Shown here: positions 8,241-17,977 of the stretch, one piece after another | Position numbering within the stretch: position 1 is the stretch's first letter | Layout: the number at the start of each line of letters is the position of its first letter | The notes under the pieces: generated by a model | Told to the model about the DNA's origin: nothing | What the model saw: the letters and a program-made list of their open reading frames with translations, nothing else | The model's database searches: none | Source: Nanobdellota archaeon | GTDB taxonomy: Archaea > Nanobdellota > Nanobdellia > Woesearchaeales > JBHPFW01 | Assembly: GCA_042571645.1 (NCBI GenBank) | Contig: JBHPFW010000005.1 | Location: forward strand, 1,536-65,535 | Length of the DNA: 64,000 nucleotides | Reading direction: 5' to 3' | Made by a program: the position numbers and the translations under genes

Positions 8241-9971
8241 TTGCCTGAAATGCCTATAATGCCAAATAAACAGCTTGAAGATTATATAAAAAAAGAGGAA
8301 GTACAGGGTTATACCCCTGATCAACTTTATCAACTTCTTGTTAAACAAGGCTATAATCCAAATGAAGTCAGGGAAGCTATTGATGCTGCAGCTGGAAATC
8401 CTGCAGCTCCTGACCAACCAGGTAATAATGTAACTGCACAAACTTCTGCACCAAAAAGCAACTTAGGTCTGATTATAGGTGTTCTTTTCCTGATAATTAT
8501 TATTGCAGGCGTGGCTTTTTGGTTTTTTACCATGCCTGTATGCGGTGATGGAAAAATGCATGAATCGGAAACATGGCAGAACTGCTGTGCTGATGTTTCA
8601 TGTCCTGGTCAGATGACCTGTGATTCTGAAAATATGGTTTGTAAAGATCCTGTATGTGCTGAGTGTCAGTATTTGGAGAATCATGTCTGCAAAGATTACG
8701 AATGCTGTAAAAACGAAGATTGTACTGAAACTCAAATCTGCCAGGATCATAACTGTGCTGAGTTAGAATGCGGTGAATGCCAGTATGCAGAGAACCATGA
8801 ATGCAAGGATCATGAATGCTGCGACAATGACGCCTGTCTGGAGACAGAGAAATGTCAGGACAACAAATGCATTGAGGTGGTGGGATTAACTGAAGAGGAA
8901 ACAGTGACAGAGAAAGATACTGGGGATTTTTATTGTGCTGAATCTGAAAACGAAGAGATCCCTATCAGCTTCTGCTCAGAAAAGTCAAATTATGAGCTAC
9001 AGGAAGACACATTTTTTGATATATCCACAGATTATACCGGTGAACCGAAAGAAGTTGCTATGATAACAAAAAGATATCGAGAAGGATTTGAAAGAGTTTT
9101 TTATAAGGATTATACTGCTAATCTATCAAACTCTGAAATAAAATATATCTCTATAGTAAGAGATACTTCTTTTAAGAATGACAAACAGGCATTTATTATT
9201 ACAGATAAAAGTTCTTCAGCTCCAAAAACATCATTCATTTATGAAGGAAACTACATTTATTTGCTTTATGTTTATGATTGCGAAGAGTTGCTATCTCATA
9301 ACCTCGATTGTACACTTAATGGGTTAGAAGATACAACCAAAGACAGGTTTAAAAGTCTGTTCTTTTGGAAAGATACTGATTTTGAGAATATGATGACAAA
9401 TGTCTCAAATATTGCTTCTCTTAAGTTGGATATATCTGTAAGCGGAGGAAAACTTCAATGTACAGAAGATCAGGAATGCCAGCAACCCTGTGAATCTTGC
9501 AATGAAAGTACTCACAGATGTACTCCAGAATTCAGATGTGTTGAATGCACTTCAAAAAAACATTGTAAAAAAGGGTATGAATGCAGATGGAATAAATGCA
9601 TCCCTGATCCAGAATATTGCGAGGATGTATCTGATTGTTCTGAGTGTGGTGGTTGTTCTCCTGGTGCAGTCATTTGTAGAAACAACAACTGTGATTATTG
9701 CAGTCCCTTTTCCGGAAAGGAAAATTCCTGCCTTCAGGGATATACTTGTGAAGATTGGGGTTGTGTAGATGTCAACGTGCTTGATAATGTCCCAAAATGC
9801 AAAATAGGAATCTGTGCAATATCAAATAAAACCATTAATCCAGAAATCGGATGTGTGGCCAGCTCAGAACCAAGTAAACATCTAAGATGCATGGAATGCC
9901 ATAGCAATCTGAATTGCAAATCAGATTACTATTGTCATAATTATGAATGCGTACAGCTTGATACAAATTAA
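8241..9971 (+). CDS. membrane-anchored Cys-rich repeat surface protein
   Basis: Short N-terminal cytoplasmic domain, one TM, then many C-x-x-D-x-x-C type modules; the start may be the ATG at 8250. Confidence 0.75.
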   Translation: MPEMPIMPNKQLEDYIKKEEVQGYTPDQLYQLLVKQGYNPNEVREAIDAAAGNPAAPDQPGNNVTAQTSAPKSNLGLIIGVLFLIIIIAGVAFWFFTMPVCGDGKMHESETWQNCCADVSCPGQMTCDSENMVCKDPVCAECQYLENHVCKDYECCKNEDCTETQICQDHNCAELECGECQYAENHECKDHECCDNDACLETEKCQDNKCIEVVGLTEEETVTEKDTGDFYCAESENEEIPISFCSEKSNYELQEDTFFDISTDYTGEPKEVAMITKRYREGFERVFYKDYTANLSNSEIKYISIVRDTSFKNDKQAFIITDKSSSAPKTSFIYEGNYIYLLYVYDCEELLSHNLDCTLNGLEDTTKDRFKSLFFWKDTDFENMMTNVSNIASLKLDISVSGGKLQCTEDQECQQPCESCNESTHRCTPEFRCVECTSKKHCKKGYECRWNKCIPDPEYCEDVSDCSECGGCSPGAVICRNNNCDYCSPFSGKENSCLQGYTCEDWGCVDVNVLDNVPKCKIGICAISNKTINPEIGCVASSEPSKHLRCMECHSNLNCKSDYYCHNYECVQLDTN

Positions 9972-10011
9972 AACCCATAAACTTAAATAGCTAATTTCTC
10001 CTCCATACAGC

Positions 10012-12177
10012 ATGTGCGGTATAATAGGTATATTTGGACAAGAATCTGCAAGCAAATATGCAGCTGAAGGCCTGAAAATCATTGAAAACAGAGGAAAAGA
10101 CAGCTTCGGAGTATTTGACGGAAAAAAGGTTTTCTTTGAAAAACAACTAAATCAGCTGAATAATAAAATAAAAAACAACACCTCAAATAACTGTCTTGCA
10201 CACAATCTTCATTCAATTGTTAATTTTGTTCCACAACCAATTAAAGGAAAACAAGGCATACTCGCAGCTAACTGTGAAATATATAATTGGAAAGAACTTA
10301 ATGAAAAATACAAACTTAAAGCAAAGAATGATTCTGAACTTCTACTAAACTTAATTGAAACAAAAGGAATTAAAAAAATTAAGGAAATTTTAAAAGAAAT
10401 TAGGGGTGTTTATTCTTTTGCTTATTGGACAAATAATGAAATAATTATTGCCAGAGACATAATCGGTGTAAAACCATTATGGTACTTTAATGATAAAAAT
10501 ACATTTGCATTCTCATCAGAAAGAAAAGTATTAGTTAATAATAATTTTATTAAAAATGACGATATTGAGGAATTAAATCCCAGAACAATTCTAATTTATA
10601 ACATTAAAACCAAAACTCTCAAAAAAATAAAAAGAAATTTCTTCAAAACAACTCCTCAAATAAAAAAAACCAAAGAAAAAATAAAAGCGGAACTAAAAAA
10701 AGAAATAATTGAAGCAATAAAGATAAGAATCCCGGAAAAACAGAAATTTGGCATACTCTTCTCAGGCGGCATAGACTCCACAACTATTGCCCAAATCTCA
10801 AAAAACCTGGACAAAAATTTCACCTGCTATAGTGCTGTTCTGGAAGAACCTGGAATGGAACCAGCTAAGGATTATATTGCTGCACAGAAAGTTGCCAAAA
10901 AACTTGGTTTTAAGTTAAAAGTTAAGAAAATCAAGCTGAAAGATGTAGAAAGATACCTAAAGAAAATTGTTCCACTAATCGAAGACAATAATGTTGTCAA
11001 AGTTGGTGTTGCTTTAACTTTCTATGTTGCCTGTGAATTAGCTAAAAAAGACAATATCAAAGTAATTTTCTCTGGCTTGGGTGCAGAAGAGTTATTTGCA
11101 GGCTACCAGCGCCATGAAAACAGCACAGATATCAACAAGGAATGCCTTAAAGGATTTATTGAAATCTACGAGAGAGACACTTACAGGGATGATGTTATTA
11201 CTATGAATAATAACCTAGAACTCCGAGTGCCGTTTATGGATAAAAATCTGATAGACCATTGCCTCAAGATCCCATCAGAACTAAAGCTAAAAAAAGAAAG
11301 GGGGGATTGGAGAAATAAAATTATTCTAAGAGAAATAGCTAAAGATCTTGGAATTCCAGAAGAATTTGCAGAACGCAAGAAAGTAGCTGCGCAATACGGC
11401 AGCAAATTCGACAGAGCAATACAGAAACTTGCTAAAAAACAACACCAAAAGAAATCAGAATATCTCAAACAATTCTACAATAAAGGAAATGTTCCTTTAG
11501 GAGTACTATTCTCAGGAGGAAAGGATTCTGTTTATGCAATGCATACAATGATTAAGCAGAATTACGATATTAAATGCCTAATAACAATGAAAAGCATTAA
11601 TCCAGATTCCTATATGTTCCATACTCCAAATATCAATCTTGCTGAACTCCAAGCAAAAGCAATGGACTTACCGATTATTGAGCAATCTACTCACGGCAGA
11701 AAAGAAGAAGAACTTAAAGACATGGAAAAAGCCATAAAAAAGGCTATGAAAGAATATCAAATTAAAGGAATTGTTACAGGAGCATTATATTCCAATTATC
11801 AACGTGAACGTGTCCAGAAAATCTGTGATAAACTTGGCCTAAAAACATTCTCTCCATTATGGCATATTGATCAAGAACTTGAGATGAGGAGTTTAGTCAA
11901 ACAAGGCTTTGAAGTTATTATTAGCTCTATTGCAGCAGATGGTTTAAGCAAAGAAGATCTAGGCAAAACCATAGACAACAAATTCATTGACAGAATAGTC
12001 AAACTAAACAAAAAGAACCAAATAAATATTGCAGGAGAAGGTGGAGAGTTTGAGACTTTAGTACTAAATTGTCCTCTATTCAATAAAAAGATAAAAACAG
12101 AAAAAGCACAAATTGTCATGGAAAACCAATGCACAGGCAGATATATCATCAAAAAAGCCTCCTTAATGAATAAGTAA
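10012..12177 (+). CDS. fusion of glutamine-dependent asparagine synthetase B-like domain and diphthine--ammonia ligase (Dph6)
   Basis: MCGIIG Ntn start, NCEIYN, SGGIDS and SGLGAEELFAGY; then a second PP-loop SGGKDS, SYMFH and GEGGEFET. Confidence 0.88.
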   Translation: MCGIIGIFGQESASKYAAEGLKIIENRGKDSFGVFDGKKVFFEKQLNQLNNKIKNNTSNNCLAHNLHSIVNFVPQPIKGKQGILAANCEIYNWKELNEKYKLKAKNDSELLLNLIETKGIKKIKEILKEIRGVYSFAYWTNNEIIIARDIIGVKPLWYFNDKNTFAFSSERKVLVNNNFIKNDDIEELNPRTILIYNIKTKTLKKIKRNFFKTTPQIKKTKEKIKAELKKEIIEAIKIRIPEKQKFGILFSGGIDSTTIAQISKNLDKNFTCYSAVLEEPGMEPAKDYIAAQKVAKKLGFKLKVKKIKLKDVERYLKKIVPLIEDNNVVKVGVALTFYVACELAKKDNIKVIFSGLGAEELFAGYQRHENSTDINKECLKGFIEIYERDTYRDDVITMNNNLELRVPFMDKNLIDHCLKIPSELKLKKERGDWRNKIILREIAKDLGIPEEFAERKKVAAQYGSKFDRAIQKLAKKQHQKKSEYLKQFYNKGNVPLGVLFSGGKDSVYAMHTMIKQNYDIKCLITMKSINPDSYMFHTPNINLAELQAKAMDLPIIEQSTHGRKEEELKDMEKAIKKAMKEYQIKGIVTGALYSNYQRERVQKICDKLGLKTFSPLWHIDQELEMRSLVKQGFEVIISSIAADGLSKEDLGKTIDNKFIDRIVKLNKKNQINIAGEGGEFETLVLNCPLFNKKIKTEKAQIVMENQCTGRYIIKKASLMNK

Positions 12178-12242
12178 TTCTTAATCAAAAAACAGAAATA
12201 CAATAAATATATTTAAATATAGTGAAATCCCAAATCCTTAAT

Positions 12243-13889
12243 ATGAGTTTAATCCGGAAAATCAAAGATCTTGCAAGATTTGAACAGGTAATTTCTACAT
12301 TATTCAAATATGATCTTGGCTATTTAATCAAAAGAATAAAACTGCACAAATTTCTCTCAGCAAAAGACAGGCTAAAAAAGCAGAAATTTCTTGAAAAAGA
12401 GTACAAACCAAAGTTATTAAGAAAAGCTCTGGAAGAGCTGGGCGGAGGATTCATAAAACTAGGCCAATTACTAAGCTTACGTCCGGATCTTATACCTAAG
12501 GAATATTGTGATGAATTTTCAAAACTTCAGGATGAAGTCAAGGCTTTCCCTACAGAAGAAGCAAAAAGTATTATTGTAACTGAACTGAAAAAATCCATGA
12601 AAAAAATTTTCAAAGAATTCAGTGATAAGCCTATTGCAGCTGCTTCCATAGGACAAGTTCATAGAGCAACATTAAAATCAGGAGAAGAAGTTATAGTAAA
12701 GGTACAAAGACTTGGTGTGAAAGAAAAGATTCAGCAGGACATTGACATCCTAAAATATTTAGCAGAACTTATTGACGAGCATCTTAGTCTTGAGTTTGTT
12801 GATTTTGAAGGAATTGTTAAGGAAATAGAACGCTATACAAAAGATGAACTTGATTATCTGAAAGAAGCGCATAATATAAATACCTTCCGCGAACATAATA
12901 AAGATGACAAAACAATTATAGTTCCAAAAGTATATAATGATCTCACAACTAAAAAAGTTTTGGTGATGAGTTTTATTAATGGTGTGGAAATAAAAAAGAT
13001 TAAAAAACCAAATAGAAAACTTGCTAACATAGTTGTTAATTCTGTACTAAAACAGGTCTATATTGACGGATTCTTTCATGCTGATCCCCATCCCAGCAAT
13101 ATTTTAGTAGTTCGGAACAAAATTGCTTTTATTGATTTTGGGATTATTGGCAGATTTAACAGGGATTTGAGAAAAAAGATGTTTTCATTGTTTCAGTCAT
13201 TAATAGAAAGAAGCTCTGAGGATCTGGTAAAAGCATTAATCAATCTAGGTGTTGTCGAGGAAGAGATTGATCAAGAAACTATTAAAGAGGATTTTAGTGC
13301 TAATTTTGATAAATATTATAGTTCTAAGCTCGAAGAAATTGATTTTGGAGAAGTATTCCATAAAATAACTGAAATAGCAAGAAAATATAAGATAAAACTT
13401 CCTGTTGATTTTGTACTCTATGGCAAAACAGTTATAACTGTTGAAAGTGTTGCTGAAAAACTCGATCCCAAATTCAATATTGTTAAAACAGCCAAGCCTT
13501 TTATTGAGAAACAACTTAAAAAACAGCTTGATCCATTGAATATTTTTGATGAAATAAAAGATAATGCAACAAGACTTGCAGATTTTCTGAAGAATGTGCC
13601 GATAAAAACCAGAAGGATTTTAAGTAAAATTGATAAAACTGAAAAAAGTCTAAAAGAAATAGATAAAGATCTAAAAATTTTCACAGAAGAAGTAGATAAA
13701 TCAAGCAATAGAATTGCATATGCCATGATTCTCACAGGAGTGCTGATATGCTCTGCTTTGCTTTTCAATGAAAAGACTTATACTATTCTTGGGATTTCGG
13801 CATTTTCCTTTGTTGGATTTATAATTGCCGGCATAATAACAATGATGATAATAGTTTCTGTTTTAAAAGAAAAAAGATTCAAAAGATGA
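12243..13889 (+). CDS. ABC1/AarF/UbiB atypical kinase family protein
   Basis: FIKLGQLLS.RPDL, AAASIGQVH, VKVQR, FFHADPHPSN and IDFG motifs; two C-terminal TMs. Confidence 0.92.
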   Translation: MSLIRKIKDLARFEQVISTLFKYDLGYLIKRIKLHKFLSAKDRLKKQKFLEKEYKPKLLRKALEELGGGFIKLGQLLSLRPDLIPKEYCDEFSKLQDEVKAFPTEEAKSIIVTELKKSMKKIFKEFSDKPIAAASIGQVHRATLKSGEEVIVKVQRLGVKEKIQQDIDILKYLAELIDEHLSLEFVDFEGIVKEIERYTKDELDYLKEAHNINTFREHNKDDKTIIVPKVYNDLTTKKVLVMSFINGVEIKKIKKPNRKLANIVVNSVLKQVYIDGFFHADPHPSNILVVRNKIAFIDFGIIGRFNRDLRKKMFSLFQSLIERSSEDLVKALINLGVVEEEIDQETIKEDFSANFDKYYSSKLEEIDFGEVFHKITEIARKYKIKLPVDFVLYGKTVITVESVAEKLDPKFNIVKTAKPFIEKQLKKQLDPLNIFDEIKDNATRLADFLKNVPIKTRRILSKIDKTEKSLKEIDKDLKIFTEEVDKSSNRIAYAMILTGVLICSALLFNEKTYTILGISAFSFVGFIIAGIITMMIIVSVLKEKRFKR

Positions 13890-13900
13890 GGTGTTAGAAA

Positions 13901-14284
13901 ATGTTGAAAGAAATTAGAAAAGGTTTGGTTTTGAGTGTTGGTCTGACAGCTCTTGTTACAAAGAGAGTTTCAAGAGAATTGGATAAAGCCCTCAAAAATA
14001 AACACATAACAAAGAAAAAAGCAAAAGAAATAGCTACTAAGGTTGCTAAACTTGCAATGAAAGAAGGCAAACGAGTAGAGATGACAGTAAAAAAAGAGCT
14101 TATCAGAGAACTTGAAAAATCTATGCCTAAAAAAACAGCAACAAAAAAGAAGAAAGTTACAAAGAAAAAGAAAACCACTAGAAAAAAGGCAGCTAAGAAA
14201 AAGGCGGGGAAAAAAGTTAAGAAGAAAAGAACTGTCAAAAGAAGAAAAAAGAAAACCACAAAAAAGAAACGAAAAAAGAGGTAA
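13901..14284 (+). CDS. phasin-like protein with histone H1-like Lys-rich tail
   Basis: N-terminal GLVLSVGLTAL...LKNKHITKKKAKEI helix pattern, then a KKKT/KKAA-rich tail; GAGGTG SD; follows the UbiB-family gene. Confidence 0.6.
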   Translation: MLKEIRKGLVLSVGLTALVTKRVSRELDKALKNKHITKKKAKEIATKVAKLAMKEGKRVEMTVKKELIRELEKSMPKKTATKKKKVTKKKKTTRKKAAKKKAGKKVKKKRTVKRRKKKTTKKKRKKR

Positions 14285-14437
14285 TTTTTTAACTGGTTTT
14301 ATATATTTTATATTTATTCCTTAGTTATAAATCCCGGGCTTAGCTATACTTGAAAGAACTTGGAAACCAATAACTATTTAAATCAAGCTTGCGTATAATA
14401 CATCTAGAAACAATTCTTAGAAAGACAGGCAAAGAAG

Positions 14438-14635
14438 ATGATAGTCCGAACAGAAGGGGAACGCCTAGAAAGGCTCAGGAAGCAGATTCAGAGTATTGAA
14501 TGGGATATCGAATGCGATTCATTCCCTCCAGGCAAAATACCTTATTATAAGGAACTTATTGAAACCTATAATTCCTTAGCTGAAGTATCGTCTATGCCAA
14601 AACTTCAGCCTAAACAATCAAAGATTAAGAAATAA
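14438..14635 (+). CDS. small hypothetical protein
   Basis: 65-aa ORF with a plausible upstream TATA; no recognised motif. Confidence 0.5.
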   Translation: MIVRTEGERLERLRKQIQSIEWDIECDSFPPGKIPYYKELIETYNSLAEVSSMPKLQPKQSKIKK

Positions 14636-14655
14636 GAATAAATTTATTTTAACTT

Positions 14656-15234
14656 CTAAAAATTCATAAAAGGATTTTTCTTCTTTTCATTTCCAATTGT
14701 AGAAGTCTGTGTCTTGCCGTAATCATGACCTGGATATACTACAGTATCTTCAGGTAAAAGGGACAGTCTTTTTAGTGACTGCAATAACATACCTTGATCT
14801 CCTCCTTCTATATCAGTTCTGCCTGCGGTACCTATAAATAATGTATCCGAAGTAAAAAGTTTAGGTGGTTTGTCATCAACAAAAATGCTAATTCCATCTG
14901 GAGTATGGCCTGGTGTATATAACACGGTTAGTTTACACTTTCCAAGCTCAATCTCCTGATTATCATTAACACCAATATCCCTATCTCCTTTTATGCCCTG
15001 ATGTGCTACTAATTTAATCTGCTTTTCCTTATATTTCTCCAAATCTTTGGTATGATCAAAATGAGAATGCATGATAAATGCATATTTGATCTTCAGCTTT
15101 TGTTGTTTTGCTTCATGAAAAATGAATTCTGCCTGTAGCGCAGTGTCTATAACAGCTGCTTCTTTTGTATCTTCATCCCAGACCAAATAAGCAAGATTTC
15201 TATCAAATCCGCCACAAAAGGTTTCAACTCTCAT
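14656..15234 (-). CDS. MBL-fold hydrolase (glyoxalase II-like)
   Basis: HSHFDH, TPGHT, SDTLF and YPGHDY motifs. Confidence 0.9.
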   Translation of the reverse strand: MRVETFCGGFDRNLAYLVWDEDTKEAAVIDTALQAEFIFHEAKQQKLKIKYAFIMHSHFDHTKDLEKYKEKQIKLVAHQGIKGDRDIGVNDNQEIELGKCKLTVLYTPGHTPDGISIFVDDKPPKLFTSDTLFIGTAGRTDIEGGDQGMLLQSLKRLSLLPEDTVVYPGHDYGKTQTSTIGNEKKKNPFMNF

Positions 15235-15318
15235 AAAACTCTAATAATTAGGGAAACTTTAAAAAGATTATTTATTAAAAGATCAACATAACAAAAAGAA
15301 CCAAAAAGAGGCTCTAAA

Positions 15319-17091
15319 ATGCAAGCAGAACTAAAAAAAGAACCAAAACCCGAATTTATTGAGAAAGATCCTGAAAAACTCAAGCTTAAACCAAATCTTG
15401 AGGATTATGATTATATGAACCATATTTTTTGCTGGGATGATGCTAAAAATGAGATTGAATTCTTTGAGGATGGCAAATTAAATATTGCTCATAACTCTCT
15501 TGATAGGCATAATACTCCTGAAAAAAAGAATAAAACTGCTTTAATATGGGAAGATGATGACGGAAATATAGAAAAATACACTTATGAAGATCTTGTCAAG
15601 GAAACAAATAAGTTTGCTAATGTCCTGAAAAAACATGGAGTAAAAAAAGGCGACAGGATTTTTATTTTCATGCCAAGAATTCCTGCTTTATACATAAGTT
15701 TCTTGGGAACATTAAAAACAGGTGCTATTGCTGGAACATTATTTGCAGCATTTGGCCATGATGCTTTGCTTGACAGATTAAGTGATAGCTCAGCTAAATT
15801 TGTTGTTACGCATTCTACACTAAAGGACAGAATCTACAGTGTAAAAGATGACTTACCTAATCTGAAAAAAATAATAATTACAGACGCCCCTACAGAAAAT
15901 GATTTTGAGATTGACTATAAAAAAGAAATGAAAAAAGCAAGTGATGAGTATGAAGTAGAACACATGGATCCTGAAGATGAAGCTTTCATGCTCTATACTT
16001 CTGGAACAACTGGTAAACCAAAAGGTGTTGTTCACAGACATTTAGCTGTTGCTCAAGAACATTTAACTGCTAAATGGGTTCTTGATATTCATGAAGAAGA
16101 TATGTACTGGTGTACTGCTGATCCTGGATGGGTTACTGGGATTGCATATGGCATTATTGGGCCTTTATCTAATTATACAACAATGCTTGTTCACGGAGGA
16201 AGATTTAGTGCAGAGAGATGGTATGAACTCATTCAAAAATATAAAGTTACAATTTGGTACACTGCTCCTACTGCTGTAAGACTTCTTATGAAAAATCCAG
16301 ATATTCTAAAGAAATATGATTTATCCAGTTTAAGATATGCTTGCAGTGTTGGTGAACCATTAAATCCTGAAGCAGTCAGGTGGGGTAATGAAAAACTTGG
16401 TTTGCCATTCCATGACAATTACTGGCAGACCGAAACAGGCAGTATTGTTATTGCAAATTATCCTTCTATGCCAATTAAGGTTGGTTACATGGGTAAACCT
16501 TTCCCAGGAATTGTTGCTGGGATAATCGACGAAGAGGGCAATGAATTACCAGATGGCGAAGAGGGGAATTTAGCATTAAAGCCTTGTAACACAGATAAAG
16601 ATTACTGGCCTTCACAAATGTTGGAAATCTGGCATAATGAAGCAAAGTTCGAGAGCTATTTCAACAAAGGATGGTATTTAACTGGAGATAAAGCTAAAAA
16701 AGATGCAGACGGCTATATTTTATTTGTCGGCAGAGCAGATGATGTAATAAAAACTGCAGGCCATAGAGTTGGTCCGTATGAAGTTGAATCTGCATTAATT
16801 GAACATCCTTCTATTGCAGAAGCGGGAGTGATTGGAAAACCAGATGAAACTTACGGCGAGATAATCAAAGCATTTGTTGTTTTAAGACCTGGAGCAAAAA
16901 AAGCAGATGTAACTATGGAGAATGTTAAACATTTCATGAAAGACAAACTTGCAGGTCATGCTTATCCAAAAGAAGTTGAAGTTGTTAAATCTCTTCCAAA
17001 AACTAGATCTGGTAAAATAATGAGGCGTATGTTAAAAGCTAAAGAACTTGGCCAAGATTTAGGAGATACTAGTACACTTGAGAAGGATTGA
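15319..17091 (+). CDS. acsA: AMP-forming acetyl-CoA synthetase
   Basis: LYTSGTTGKPKG, SVGEPLN, YWQTETG, GRADDVIK and LPKTRSGKIMRR motifs. Confidence 0.92.
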   Translation: MQAELKKEPKPEFIEKDPEKLKLKPNLEDYDYMNHIFCWDDAKNEIEFFEDGKLNIAHNSLDRHNTPEKKNKTALIWEDDDGNIEKYTYEDLVKETNKFANVLKKHGVKKGDRIFIFMPRIPALYISFLGTLKTGAIAGTLFAAFGHDALLDRLSDSSAKFVVTHSTLKDRIYSVKDDLPNLKKIIITDAPTENDFEIDYKKEMKKASDEYEVEHMDPEDEAFMLYTSGTTGKPKGVVHRHLAVAQEHLTAKWVLDIHEEDMYWCTADPGWVTGIAYGIIGPLSNYTTMLVHGGRFSAERWYELIQKYKVTIWYTAPTAVRLLMKNPDILKKYDLSSLRYACSVGEPLNPEAVRWGNEKLGLPFHDNYWQTETGSIVIANYPSMPIKVGYMGKPFPGIVAGIIDEEGNELPDGEEGNLALKPCNTDKDYWPSQMLEIWHNEAKFESYFNKGWYLTGDKAKKDADGYILFVGRADDVIKTAGHRVGPYEVESALIEHPSIAEAGVIGKPDETYGEIIKAFVVLRPGAKKADVTMENVKHFMKDKLAGHAYPKEVEVVKSLPKTRSGKIMRRMLKAKELGQDLGDTSTLEKD

Positions 17092-17092
17092 T

Positions 17093-17977
17093 TCAGTCTC
17101 TAATAAACCCCAACTTCCCTAAAGTCCCAAGAATCACATTAAGTGTTTTCTCTTCTTTATCTTTTTCTGGCAGATAATTACTAATACTCACAGCTATAAT
17201 ATCAAAATTATCTTTTAAAAATTCAGCTATACCATATAATTCTTTTTTATATAATCCGCCGGGTTCTGGGTATAATGTTGCGCCACTTTGGCTAGGATCC
17301 ACTACATCCTGATCAAAATGCAGATATAATTGACGGATACCCTTTTCTTTAAACTTATTTTTTATTTCAGACAAAATAGCATCATATCTTTCTCTTATTT
17401 CCTGTGGAGAATAAGTTGTTATTTGTTTTTCTCTAATTAAATCCATTTCGCCTGGATCTAGGTCCCTTGTTCCAATCAAAACAAGATTTTCCTCATTTAC
17501 TGCAGGTTCATTATTATTTAATGCTAAGATTTCCGGATGACCATAGCCTAAAACATGAGCAAGCCCCATACCATAGAAACAGCCGCTAGGGCTAGTTTCT
17601 GGAGTATTTAGGTCTCCATGAGAATCAAAATATATTATGCCAAATGGTTCGTCTATTGCAGAATAAATCCCATAACTTATTCCAGCTACAGCAGAATCAT
17701 CTCCATGAAGAATTAGTGGTGTTTTTCCGCTTCTCAATACCTCTTTTACATTCTGTTTCAAATCTGCACAAATCTTTTTTACCTGCGGTAGGTTCTTGGC
17801 TTTTTCATACATTCCAGTTTTATGGACTGGTTTAAGTTTTGGCACAGTAATTTCTATAATGTTTTCAATTAAAGGAGGATATTTTTCTTTCAAAGCTGAT
17901 ATCATCTTAATAGGGCCTTTATCTGTTCCTTTTGTAGGAGCTCCAAAATCATATGGAACTTTAATTATTTGATACAT
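17093..17977 (-). CDS. arginase/ureohydrolase-family protein with atypical active site
   Basis: DSHGDLNTPETSPSG and HFDQDVVDP present; GGDH is HGDD, the catalytic His is Tyr, and the E-x-N-P motif reads NYLP. Confidence 0.85.
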   Translation of the reverse strand: MYQIIKVPYDFGAPTKGTDKGPIKMISALKEKYPPLIENIIEITVPKLKPVHKTGMYEKAKNLPQVKKICADLKQNVKEVLRSGKTPLILHGDDSAVAGISYGIYSAIDEPFGIIYFDSHGDLNTPETSPSGCFYGMGLAHVLGYGHPEILALNNNEPAVNEENLVLIGTRDLDPGEMDLIREKQITTYSPQEIRERYDAILSEIKNKFKEKGIRQLYLHFDQDVVDPSQSGATLYPEPGGLYKKELYGIAEFLKDNFDIIAVSISNYLPEKDKEEKTLNVILGTLGKLGFIRD

